Assembly: GCA_965233585.1 (NCBI GenBank)
Contig: CBDDTI010000747.1
Coordinates: 256,001 to 320,000, forward strand
Source of the DNA: a bacterium
Lineage (GTDB): Bacteria > SAR324 > NAC60-12
Direction of reading: 5' to 3'
DNA: 64,000 bases
Below are positions 29,485 through 38,385 of this stretch, one piece after another. A model generated the notes under the pieces. That model saw only the letters and a list, made by a program, of their open reading frames with translations, was not told the origin of the DNA and did no database searches. Numbering within the stretch: the stretch's first letter is position 1; the number at the start of each line of letters is the position of its first letter. Made by a program: the position numbers and the translations under genes.

Positions 29485-30714
29485 TTAAGACATCTTAGCC
29501 TCAAGATTTTTAGCAAGAGTGTCAAGAAAGTCTTGCGTATTGACGTAAGAGTCAGGGGCAACGTTTAAAGTTTCTTGCACAGCAACAGCAAGGTCTTTGG
29601 TCATCACCCCTCCTTCTACTGTCTCAATACAAACTTGCTCCAAGTTTTCAGCAAATTGGATTAAATCATCATTGCCGTCTAGTTTTCCACGATGTTTTAA
29701 CCCAGTTGTCCAAGCAAAAATACTTGCAATGGGGTTCGTGCTAGTTTGACGACCTTGTTGATGCTGACGATAATGCCTTGTCACCGTACCATGAGCGGCT
29801 TCTGCTTCAATCGTTTTGCCATCAGAACAAACCAGCGTGGACGTCATCAATCCCAATGAACCAAATCCTTGGGCAACAATATCTGACTGCACATCACCAT
29901 CGTAATTTTTACACGCCCAAATGAAGCCCCCCTCCCACTTCAACGCTTGAGCCACAAGGTCATCAATCAAACGATGCTCATAAGTGAGTCCAAGTTCTTC
30001 AAACTTTTGACGATAATCTGCCTCAAAAATCTCTGCAAAAAGGTCACGAAAGCGTCCGTCATAGGTTTTTAGAATCGTGTTTTTGGTACTTAAATAAAGT
30101 GGATACTTCAGTTGCAAGGCATAGTTCATACAGGAGTGAGCAAAATTTTTAATAGATTCATCAGTATTAAACATGCTCAACGCCACACCTTCACTTTCAA
30201 ATTGATTCACTTCCCACTCTTGCGACACACTGCCATCTGCAGGCGTAAAAGTCATTTTCAACGTCCCTTTCCCTGAAATTCGGACATCGGTTGCTTTGTA
30301 TTGGTCTGCATGGGCATGACGACCAATCACGATAGGCTTAGACCATGCTTTCACAAGACGAGGAATGTTTTGACAGACTATCGGAGAGCGAAACACCGTG
30401 CCTCCAAGATAGTTGCGAATTGTGCCATTTGGACTTTTCCACATCTTTTTTAAATTGAACTCCTTCACACGGTCTTCATCAGGTGTGATGGTCGCACACT
30501 TAATCCCAACATGATGTTCCCGAATGGCTTGAGCCGCATCAAGTGTCACTTGGTCATCTGTGGCATCACGATTCTGGATGGAAAGGTCGTAATATTTAAT
30601 GTCAATGTCAAGGTAGGGCAGAATGAGGCTTGTTTTGATTTTGTCCCAAATGATTCGGGTCATCTCATCACCATCTAACTCAACAACAGGATTAGAAACT
30701 TGGATTTTACTCAT
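29485..30714 (-). CDS. icd: NADP-dependent isocitrate dehydrogenase (eukaryote-like subfamily)
   Basis: '[10 protein letters not shown]', '[12 protein letters not shown]', 'SPNGTIRN', '[10 protein letters not shown]', '[11 protein letters not shown]'. Confidence 0.97.
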   Translation of the reverse strand: MSKIQVSNPVVELDGDEMTRIIWDKIKTSLILPYLDIDIKYYDLSIQNRDATDDQVTLDAAQAIREHHVGIKCATITPDEDRVKEFNLKKMWKSPNGTIRNYLGGTVFRSPIVCQNIPRLVKAWSKPIVIGRHAHADQYKATDVRISGKGTLKMTFTPADGSVSQEWEVNQFESEGVALSMFNTDESIKNFAHSCMNYALQLKYPLYLSTKNTILKTYDGRFRDLFAEIFEADYRQKFEELGLTYEHRLIDDLVAQALKWEGGFIWACKNYDGDVQSDIVAQGFGSLGLMTSTLVCSDGKTIEAEAAHGTVTRHYRQHQQGRQTSTNPIASIFAWTTGLKHRGKLDGNDDLIQFAENLEQVCIETVEGGVMTKDLAVAVQETLNVAPDSYVNTQDFLDTLAKNLEAKMS

Positions 30715-30749
30715 GGTTTTTCACTTGAAAGAATGTTGAAAAAGACCCA

Positions 30750-30778
30750 AGTCTATCAATAAATTTTGATTTTAGCAA
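30750..30778 (-). promoter_or_regulatory. Putative icd promoter
   Basis: TTGCTA, 17-nt spacer, TAGACT (TGATAGACT); same hexamers as the thiB promoter. Confidence 0.6.
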
Positions 30779-30821
30779 ACCCGCGAAACTTCAAAATTCA
30801 TTCAAAATGGATTCTTTGCAT

Positions 30822-30836
30822 TGACAATCATTGTCA
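30822..30836. promoter_or_regulatory. 7-1-7 palindromic operator, Fur-box-like
   Basis: TGACAAT-C-ATTGTCA, a perfect inverted repeat between the divergent icd and pentapeptide genes. Confidence 0.45.
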
Positions 30837-30906
30837 GCCAAAAACATGAACACCATAAAAAATCAACATCTTTCATGTTAGAATACGAGTTTTTAATCTT
30901 GGAGGC

Positions 30907-32247
30907 ATGATGAAAATAGGCACATCAAAACTAGGCGAAAAAATCATCATTATCACTGGAAAAGATGGACAGCCGACAGAGTGTGAAATTGAAGACAGTC
31001 AAAGGTTTGGAATCTTGCAAAGGTTCTTTGTCTATCAACAACACCAACATGACTTGATTGAAAACCAAGACCAAATTGATGCAAGGCTGTCACAAGACAA
31101 TTTTTCAAGGTGTCTTTTTTTAATCAATGCAGATTTTAGTTCTGTTGCTTTTCCAAGCAATTCAAGTTTTAAAAATGCTACGTTCACGAAAAGTGCATCT
31201 TTTATAAGAAAAAGTTTTTCAGGGTCTGATTTTAGTGATGCTACTTTTTTAGGACGTGCGGATTTTAGAGAGGTAAATTTTCAGCATGGGGCGGATTTTA
31301 GAAATGCTGAGTTCACGAAAATTGCATTTTTTATAAAAGCAAATTTTTCAGGAGGTGCAGATTTTAGTGATGCTACTTTTTTAGGACGTGCATGTTTTAG
31401 TGATGCTCTTTTTGAACAAACAATTCACTTTAGTCGCGTTACTTTTGAAAAAGAAGTTCGGTTTTGTCAAAAAAAAGAAAAAGAAACTTCAGAAAATTCA
31501 TTTGATTATCCAGCAAAATTTAAGGGCAATGTTTGGTTTGATAAATCGCAATTTAAAGGAGATGCCCATTTCAATATGGTTTCTTTTGGAGCAGATGCAG
31601 GATTTAGAGATTGTCAATGGCATAAAAAAATAGATTTTCAAATGGCGAATGTCAAAGATAAATTTATTTTTGCTAATGTTAAAAACAAAGGCGAAATGAA
31701 ACTTGATTTAAAGAGCTTTAACTTTTCCTACATAGACTATACAGATTCCGAAATCAATATTAACCAATCTGAAAATAGAGAAACATTTCAAATTTTGAAA
31801 CACTCTGCAATCCAACAAAATGACCAAGTCAAGGCTTTAGAGTTTCATGTCAAAGAGATGGAGAAGCACAGGAACAGTGTGGGAAGGAAAAAGTTTGATT
31901 GGTGGCTTTTATTTTTTGAGAAGTTTGCTAGTTATTATGGAACAAAGCCTTGGCTCCCTTTATTTTGGATTTTTGTTTTGCAAGGTTTCATGGTATTTCT
32001 GATTGCATATTCAGGTACTCATAACGATATGAAAATATTAGATTATCTTGCCAAAGGGTTGAATTATAAGTTTTGGTCTCATGACTTTTTGGCTAACCTT
32101 CAAAGTACCAAATGTTGTAGTAGATATGCCTTGGATTGTTTAAGTATAGGGTGGCTTAAAGTCATCAATAGCATCAAGAACATTTTTATCGCAGTGTTGC
32201 TTTATGAGCTGATTAAATCATTTAGAAAGTTTTCAAGAAAATTTTAA
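30907..32247 (+). CDS. Pentapeptide-repeat protein with a C-terminal membrane region
   Basis: 'ADFSDATFLGRADF'-type repeats with a DNA-level duplication at ~31228 and ~31360, then 'SYYGTKPWLP' and TM helices. Confidence 0.85.
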   Translation: MMKIGTSKLGEKIIIITGKDGQPTECEIEDSQRFGILQRFFVYQQHQHDLIENQDQIDARLSQDNFSRCLFLINADFSSVAFPSNSSFKNATFTKSASFIRKSFSGSDFSDATFLGRADFREVNFQHGADFRNAEFTKIAFFIKANFSGGADFSDATFLGRACFSDALFEQTIHFSRVTFEKEVRFCQKKEKETSENSFDYPAKFKGNVWFDKSQFKGDAHFNMVSFGADAGFRDCQWHKKIDFQMANVKDKFIFANVKNKGEMKLDLKSFNFSYIDYTDSEININQSENRETFQILKHSAIQQNDQVKALEFHVKEMEKHRNSVGRKKFDWWLLFFEKFASYYGTKPWLPLFWIFVLQGFMVFLIAYSGTHNDMKILDYLAKGLNYKFWSHDFLANLQSTKCCSRYALDCLSIGWLKVINSIKNIFIAVLLYELIKSFRKFSRKF

Positions 32248-32305
32248 TCACCCCCCTCTTCTCTTTTTTTCAATTTCTTCAACTTTCTCATTCCCCTCAG
32301 TTTCC

Positions 32306-33215
32306 CCGTCATTCGGAGCGAAAGCAGGAATCCAGTCACGTTAGGAATCCATACTTCATTTGGTGATAGATTCTGTGTCAAGCACGGAATGACAGGAGGA
32401 TTTTGCTCACTTTGAAAACCGTCATTGCGGGCTTGACCCGCAATCTCTTCTTTTTCCCATTCCTTCGTCATTGCTGACCTTGAGTGAGCAATCTCTCTAC
32501 TGCCGTCACTCCTGCGAAAGCAGGAATCCATGCGATGTTGACGATGGATTCCGTGTCAGGGACTCAAGTGACAGAAAAAAAGAGAGGGGAATTGAAACAC
32601 TTTGCCTTTCGTCATTGCTGATCTTAAAAAAAGTCATTGCGGGCTTGACCCGCAATCTCTCTTTTTTCCCAAACTACCGCGTCATTGCTGACCTTGACCC
32701 GCAATCTCTCTACTGCCGTCATTCGTAGCGAAAGAACGTCCACCTGTGAAAACAGGGGCAGGAATCCATGCCTTGTTTAGGGTAGATTCCGCATCAAGTG
32801 CGGAATGACGGAGAGGTTTGCTGGCTTTCCTTCACTTTTGACAACTAACCCGTCATTGCGGGCTTGACCCGCAATCTCCCTTGTCTTTTTGCCAACAACG
32901 CCTTTTTTGAGATTCCGCATCAAGTGCGGAATGACAAAGAGAGATACGGAATGACTGAGAGGTTTTGTAGGCGTGTCTTTTCGTCATGGCTCACTTTGAA
33001 AACTGTCATTGTGGGCTTGAACCGCAATCTCCTCTTTTTCTCCTAATTTTTTCATTTTGCCAAACGACTTTTGTTTTTTGAGATTCCGCATCAAGCACAG
33101 AATGACGTGAGTGTTGCAGTCTTATCTTTTCGTCAATGTTCACTTTGACCCGCAATCTCCTCTTTTTCATTGTGTTGACATTCTTTTTTTGAGATTCCGC
33201 ATCAAGTACGGAATT
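32306..33215. repeat. Array of ~17 CGTC-type palindromic (REP/BIME-like) units
   Basis: GTCATTGCGGGCTTGACCCGCAATCTC (32421, 32633, 32852, 33005 variant), inverted GAGATTCCGCATCAAGTGCGGAATGAC-type units (~32784, ~32909, ~33081, ~33191) and GTCAYTCCTGCGAAAGCAGGAATCCA variants. Confidence 0.88.
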
Positions 33216-33371
33216 TTGTTTGCTTACGTTAACGAAGTACGAAATGCGTTACCTTTTTATGACAGATAACACTTGCCTCTTTCTCTTGATTTGTCTATAA
33301 TTTGGGGTTTGTTTAGTTTGCTATTTGTGTCAAATAGTATTTTTTATTAACTTAGTTACAAAGGTCGTGCT

Positions 33372-33968
33372 ATGAAAAACTTTGTTGGTTTGTTCGCATC
33401 ATTGGTGGTTGTTGGGTCTCTTCACGCAAATGTAAGAGGAGACTATGAGGTGTTGGGAGATGTTCCTGAAAAAGGAAGTAAAAAAGTGGTTAAGTTTGAG
33501 GAGTTTCTTAACTTTGGTTGTCCACATTGCAATAACCTACACAACCTCTCTAAAAACTTCCGTAAAAGTTACAAAAAGAAAGTAGAGTTTATTGATGTTC
33601 CTATCACATTTTCAGGTCAAAGCGATGCCCCCATTCGTTTGTATTATGTTGCAAAGTCTAAAGGTAGGGCAGACGAAGTCAAAAATGCACTATTTGACAC
33701 ACATCATAAATTTGGTGTGAATGTGTTTGACCCTGGCACAGTGAACTATCTTGCGAGGACTCTTGGGCTGGCTGATGCTTATCGTCAAGAGGCTAATGCT
33801 GCGTGGATTGATGAGCAAATTGCCAAAAACAATGCTCTTGCTAATGAATATGGAGTCAGGGGGACGCCGACTGTCATCATTGAAGGTTCACTTAAAATGA
33901 ACATTAGATCCATGGCAAGTTTTGTGAGGCTACTCCCTAACACCATTGAAGATTTGTTAGAAAGATAG
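33372..33968 (+). CDS. dsbA: DsbA-family thiol:disulfide oxidoreductase
   Basis: Signal peptide, 'FGCPHC', cis-Pro loop 'VRGTPT'. Confidence 0.85.
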   Translation: MKNFVGLFASLVVVGSLHANVRGDYEVLGDVPEKGSKKVVKFEEFLNFGCPHCNNLHNLSKNFRKSYKKKVEFIDVPITFSGQSDAPIRLYYVAKSKGRADEVKNALFDTHHKFGVNVFDPGTVNYLARTLGLADAYRQEANAAWIDEQIAKNNALANEYGVRGTPTVIIEGSLKMNIRSMASFVRLLPNTIEDLLER

Positions 33969-33972
33969 CAGA

Positions 33973-34770
33973 TTACCAAGCAAGCCTTGATGAAAGGTTT
34001 GTGAAGAAGTAGTGGCGGTTGAGAAAAAGCAGTTTTGCACGCAATTCTGATTCTTTGATCGTCACTTTGTCTCCAACATTGAGAGGAATTTGCTCTCTGC
34101 CGTCTGCAGTCAGATAGATTTCATTTTCTCGTGTGGATTCATCAATCTTGATTTCTACTTCAACATCATGCCTTAAAATGATGTTTCGGGAGCTGAAGTT
34201 ATACTCATTTAATCCTGCTAGAATCAAGCAACGTGCCTCAGGCATCACAATAGGAGCGCCAGCAGAAAGCAGATAGGCAGTACTACCTGTTGGAGTTCCG
34301 ACAATCACGCCATCACCGCGGATCCTGCGGATCAGCCTGTGATCCACAGAGCAGTCTAGTTCAAGCATACGATGCTTATTTTTGATAGCCACTTCATTCA
34401 GAACATGCAAGCTCCCTTTGGGGTGATGACATTGGAGTAAAACCCTTTCGCTTAAAAAACAATTCCCTTGAATTAATGCCATCAATAGTTTTTCAAGGTC
34501 ATCTTCATTGCCAGCAGTCAAAAATCCGATAGTGCCATAGTTGACAGCTAATGCAGGTGTATCAGGAAAATGCTTGACCACGAAAAGTAACGCACCATCG
34601 CCCCCCAATGAGATAATGGCGTCAAACTGTGGTAAATTGGAAGTGTCAGTTTTCCACGTAAAAGTCTCTGACTCAATATGATGCTGGTTGAGCCAAGATT
34701 GAGTTTGTGCAGCAATATGCTGGCATTTGAGGTTGCCAATAAAAAGACCAATTCGTTTGAGATGAACCAT
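33973..34770 (-). CDS. nadK: NAD(+) kinase
   Basis: 'LGGDG', 'GTIGFL', 'LNEV', 'GDGVIVGTPTGSTAYLLSAG'. Confidence 0.92.
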   Translation of the reverse strand: MVHLKRIGLFIGNLKCQHIAAQTQSWLNQHHIESETFTWKTDTSNLPQFDAIISLGGDGALLFVVKHFPDTPALAVNYGTIGFLTAGNEDDLEKLLMALIQGNCFLSERVLLQCHHPKGSLHVLNEVAIKNKHRMLELDCSVDHRLIRRIRGDGVIVGTPTGSTAYLLSAGAPIVMPEARCLILAGLNEYNFSSRNIILRHDVEVEIKIDESTRENEIYLTADGREQIPLNVGDKVTIKESELRAKLLFLNRHYFFTNLSSRLAW

Positions 34771-35401
34771 GATTTTAAAAAAAATTAAACAGCTAAGCCT
34801 TTTCTTAATGCTTGGGGCATGTGCATCGCCATCGTTCCAAAGACAGCCTTTGATTGAACCTCACCTTGACAAATCTGTTGCCATCTTTCATGCGTTTCCG
34901 ATTGAACCTTTGCCCCCCAAAATCATACAACCCATTTTACAAAGACAGGAAAATCAAATTGGACAAATGTCAATTTTCAAAGATGTTGTTTTAAGTCAAG
35001 CAGCAAAGGAACGCATTGCCTCTGACCCAAAATTGCGAAGAAAACTTGAAATGTATTTGGAGACGTTGACATTGACAAATATCTCAAACATGGACATTTC
35101 AAGAAGTGTAGCGAAAATGCTGAATGTGGAACAATTCCTTATTATACACTATGAATTGTTTCCATGCACGGAGTGTGATTCCAAAAACTCTCTTTGGATC
35201 AAATTTCAGCTCATTGATGCTTATGACTCAACGATTGTCTGGAGTGGAGTCTGGAGTGAAGACCTAGAGGCTGAAGAGTTTGAAAATCTGGCACAAACCA
35301 CCAACAAGATGTCAGCTGACATTGTCAATGCCTTACCTCAACAAATCAAACAGCCATGGCACAGAAAACGTTACGTTCAGTTAAGCCAACTTGCGGATTG
35401 A
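34769..35401 (+). CDS. Hypothetical lipoprotein
   Basis: Basic N-terminus, hydrophobic core and lipobox LGA/C; CxxC; the C-terminal 'LID....IVWS' strand pattern resembles LpoB/CsgG-like folds. Confidence 0.7.
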   Translation: MILKKIKQLSLFLMLGACASPSFQRQPLIEPHLDKSVAIFHAFPIEPLPPKIIQPILQRQENQIGQMSIFKDVVLSQAAKERIASDPKLRRKLEMYLETLTLTNISNMDISRSVAKMLNVEQFLIIHYELFPCTECDSKNSLWIKFQLIDAYDSTIVWSGVWSEDLEAEEFENLAQTTNKMSADIVNALPQQIKQPWHRKRYVQLSQLAD

Positions 35402-35402
35402 G

Positions 35403-36257
35403 TCAAATTTGATAAAGCTGTGGATATTTGCGACGCGCCACCTGAAGCATCGCCAAAAAGCGAGGCACGTATTCATAAGGCTCCTGCCTTAATTTCAACT
35501 TCCAATAGTTTCTAGTCTTCTGTTGTTTTATCTGCCTAGCAACATAGTTCGGTCCTCCATTATAAGAAGCAAGAACAAGCTCCCAGTCTCCACGATAACG
35601 TTTCTTTAATTGCACAAGATACAAAGCTGCCGCATGTGTCGCTTTTTTCCAATCATACCTCTCGTCCCGCAGCCAACCCACCTTTAACCCCTGTTCTTTT
35701 GCAGTAGAAGTGATGAACTGCCACAACCCTCTTGCACCTGTTGGAGAAACCGCATCAGTTTTGAAGGCAGACTCTAGCATCGGCAAATAAGCAAGCTCTA
35801 AAGGAAGTTTATGTTTTTTGAAGGTTTTGATGATATAAGGCATATATTTTTCAGAACGTTGCAAAGACACCCGAACAATAGAACTTTTGCTTGAACTATA
35901 ATATTTCCTGAATTTTGAAATGCGAGGATTGTCTTGAGACCAAATGTTCCCTCCAGACTGTTTTTTGTATTGATAAGAACGACTGCTTTTTTTCCCAGAC
36001 CATGCTTCTTCAAGCCAACGCCCCCCTGCAAGTAATGGATGTTGTTTGGCACGTTTCTTTTTGGGTTTAGCAACAGATGCTGTTTTTTGCCTTGACTCCT
36101 TAGGTGTTGACTTCTTGCCGTCCCACGCATTTTGAAGCCACTGACCTCCTGAAAAGGTAGAACTACATGCACCCAGAGTGATGATGAAAACCATCAATGA
36201 CCACTTTTTTAAAAATCTTTGAACCCATTCAAGTTTAGCTTTCATGTTCTTCTCCAA
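35403..36257 (-). CDS. Lytic transglycosylase (SLT, MltD-like) lipoprotein
   Basis: 'LPMLESAF...SPTGARGLWQF', 'LASYNGG', 'YVPRFLA'; lipobox LGAC. Confidence 0.9.
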   Translation of the reverse strand: MEKNMKAKLEWVQRFLKKWSLMVFIITLGACSSTFSGGQWLQNAWDGKKSTPKESRQKTASVAKPKKKRAKQHPLLAGGRWLEEAWSGKKSSRSYQYKKQSGGNIWSQDNPRISKFRKYYSSSKSSIVRVSLQRSEKYMPYIIKTFKKHKLPLELAYLPMLESAFKTDAVSPTGARGLWQFITSTAKEQGLKVGWLRDERYDWKKATHAAALYLVQLKKRYRGDWELVLASYNGGPNYVARQIKQQKTRNYWKLKLRQEPYEYVPRFLAMLQVARRKYPQLYQI

Positions 36258-37096
36258 TAATGATGATATGTCAATGTCTGTGTAGAAAAAAGCATTCCAA
36301 ATTTTTGCTTTTGTAAAATTTTGAAAGCAGTATCTCGTTTTTGATACGATTCAAACACACCAAAAACTGCAGAACCACTCCCACTGACTAATGCACCAGC
36401 AGTGCCAAGCCTTTTTAGAAACTGACAAATTTCTTTGAGTTTAGGATAATCTTGAAACAACGTCTTTTCAAAATCATTGATGAAACACTCTTGAAAATCT
36501 TGAAGATTATAAGGAGAAGGGAACTTGGAAGGATTCGCATCAGGCAAGCAATTTTGATAAGCGTCTTGGGTAGAAATCGCAAAATGGGGCTTTATCACAA
36601 TCATTGGAAATTCAGGAACATCATGTAACACTTCAAGACGTTCCCCAGTGCCACGAACACGACAAGGAAACCTTGAGAGAAAAAATGGAACATCTGAACC
36701 TAAATTTTGTGCTAATCGTAACAAAGTTTTTGACGAAAGGGGGTATCCATGCCAGCGGTTTAGGGCAATCAATGTTCCTGCCGCATTACCGCTTCCTCCG
36801 CCTAAACCTGCCTGATGAGGAATTTGTTTGTGAAGTTTGATTTTCAAGCAAACGTGCTGACCAAGCTCTTGCTCAAACAAACGCAAGGCACGCACGACCA
36901 AGTTGCTTTCTTGGGCTTCTTGAAAATTGACAGAACACTCAAAGTGCAAGCAATGATGACTGCTCAATTCTAAGCAATCAAATAATGCAACGGGAATGAG
37001 TTGTGTGTCTATTTCATGGAATCCATCATCTCGTTTGAATAAAATTTTGAGGGGTGCATTCAGCTTGGCAGGAGTCCAAATTTTAAGCTGTTTCAT
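36242..37096 (-). CDS. ispE: 4-diphosphocytidyl-2-C-methyl-D-erythritol kinase
   Basis: 'PAKLN', 'DGFHEI', 'KQIPHQAGLGGGSGNAA', 'GSDVPFF', 'SGSGSAVF'. Confidence 0.95.
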   Translation of the reverse strand: MKQLKIWTPAKLNAPLKILFKRDDGFHEIDTQLIPVALFDCLELSSHHCLHFECSVNFQEAQESNLVVRALRLFEQELGQHVCLKIKLHKQIPHQAGLGGGSGNAAGTLIALNRWHGYPLSSKTLLRLAQNLGSDVPFFLSRFPCRVRGTGERLEVLHDVPEFPMIVIKPHFAISTQDAYQNCLPDANPSKFPSPYNLQDFQECFINDFEKTLFQDYPKLKEICQFLKRLGTAGALVSGSGSAVFGVFESYQKRDTAFKILQKQKFGMLFSTQTLTYHHYWRRT

Positions 37097-38384
37097 GCTT
37101 CAGTACTTCACAAGCACGTTCGTATTGGTTAGCTTCACAATAAATGTAGCATCTATTTCTTTCAGCAGATTCGTATTTGAGCGAACGAAGGGCATCAACT
37201 AGTGGCGTCTCTTTGAGTGTGCCATAAACTTTTTTTTGCAAAAAAATTACCTCTTGGATACGGTGTTTTTCTAGTCTTGAAAAGTAACTTGATGCCGTCA
37301 AAAGTAGAGGCTCAATGTTGACCTGCTTGAGAGTCTCTAAAGTGTGAGAACTTTCATCAGGAGACACCTGAACTAAAAACTTCATGGTCTGCCTCCTGAC
37401 AATCCGACCTGCCCAATATTGATTCCGATTTCTCCAAAGCTCAGCGTTCAAACAATCTTCACGAGCATTGAGAAAATTCTCTAAACTGCCATCAATGGAA
37501 AATGTGGTTTCCTGCTCTTGCAGACAACGTATCAAGTAATGGTCAAATGGTAAGGTTGTCTTATGCAAATAAACCTGCAAAAACATGTGCCACCTTGCAA
37601 ACAGAAAATTCTCGTAAGCATGCAAACCTTTGTCTAGCAATGCCAAGTTAATGACGCCCTCAGACTGCACACAAGACAGCGAACGCAACAACCTTTCCAG
37701 ATCAAACTTGCCATAACTCACACCGCAATAATAGGCGTCACGCAAAAGATAGTCCATGCGGTCGCAGTCTATTTCTCCGCTAATCAGATTTTTCAGCAAA
37801 GGGAAGATGTCAGGTTGTTCCTGATTTTGTGGAACTAAAGAATGCAGGTTGAGAAACTGCCTTCCCCCAATCAAAGCACAGATGTCGTAGGCTTCTTGCT
37901 CAGAAAGTGGTGCATCTTTGCCTTGAGTCATTGCACAGACTGCCATCATTGAAAAATCTTCATGTGATGCTTGCCCTTTTTGATTTGAAAATTTGAGCTT
38001 GGCAGGAAAGTCCAAATGTTCAAATGCAGGAAGCACAGACTCTGCAGAATGCGAAAAAGGAGGGTGTCCCAAGTCATGGGTCAATGCCGCCAATCTTAAA
38101 ATATGGCGAAAATAAGCAAGTTGTTTTGTTGAAAAAGCATCACGCACCCAAGTTGCCTGATTGAGTATCTGGTCAAACAAGCGAGACGCAAGGTGCATCG
38201 CTCCAATGCTGTGACTAAAACGAGAATGCGTGGCACCGGGATACACATAATAAGCAAATCCTAGTTGTGAAACATAACGAAGTCTTTGAAAAAGGGGGTG
38301 GTCAATGATCGCTTTCTCATGGCTTGTCAACTCTATGGTTTGATGAATGGGGCAACGCACTTCATAGGATTTTGTCAAAGACAT
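37083..38384 (-). CDS. HD-domain phosphohydrolase (SAMHD1/dGTPase-like)
   Basis: 'FQRLRYVSQLG', 'HSRFSHSIG', 'HDLGHPPFSH', 'DCDRMDYLLRD', 'VYLHKT'. Confidence 0.9.
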   Translation of the reverse strand: MSLTKSYEVRCPIHQTIELTSHEKAIIDHPLFQRLRYVSQLGFAYYVYPGATHSRFSHSIGAMHLASRLFDQILNQATWVRDAFSTKQLAYFRHILRLAALTHDLGHPPFSHSAESVLPAFEHLDFPAKLKFSNQKGQASHEDFSMMAVCAMTQGKDAPLSEQEAYDICALIGGRQFLNLHSLVPQNQEQPDIFPLLKNLISGEIDCDRMDYLLRDAYYCGVSYGKFDLERLLRSLSCVQSEGVINLALLDKGLHAYENFLFARWHMFLQVYLHKTTLPFDHYLIRCLQEQETTFSIDGSLENFLNAREDCLNAELWRNRNQYWAGRIVRRQTMKFLVQVSPDESSHTLETLKQVNIEPLLLTASSYFSRLEKHRIQEVIFLQKKVYGTLKETPLVDALRSLKYESAERNRCYIYCEANQYERACEVLKHETA

Positions 38385-38385
38385 G

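Noticed and set aside
30907..32247. Qnr/MfpA quinolone-resistance protein
   Set aside because: It is much longer, has a different repeat pattern and carries a membrane domain.
32244..33046. ORFs 32244-32531, 32471-32728 and 32864-33046
   Set aside because: They are translations of the palindromic repeats (VIAGLTRNL, IPHQVRND) and are unlikely to be genes.
32306..33215. CRISPR array
   Set aside because: Units occur in both orientations and several types, linkers are irregular and low-complexity, and no cas genes are present; this fits REP/BIME-like repeats.
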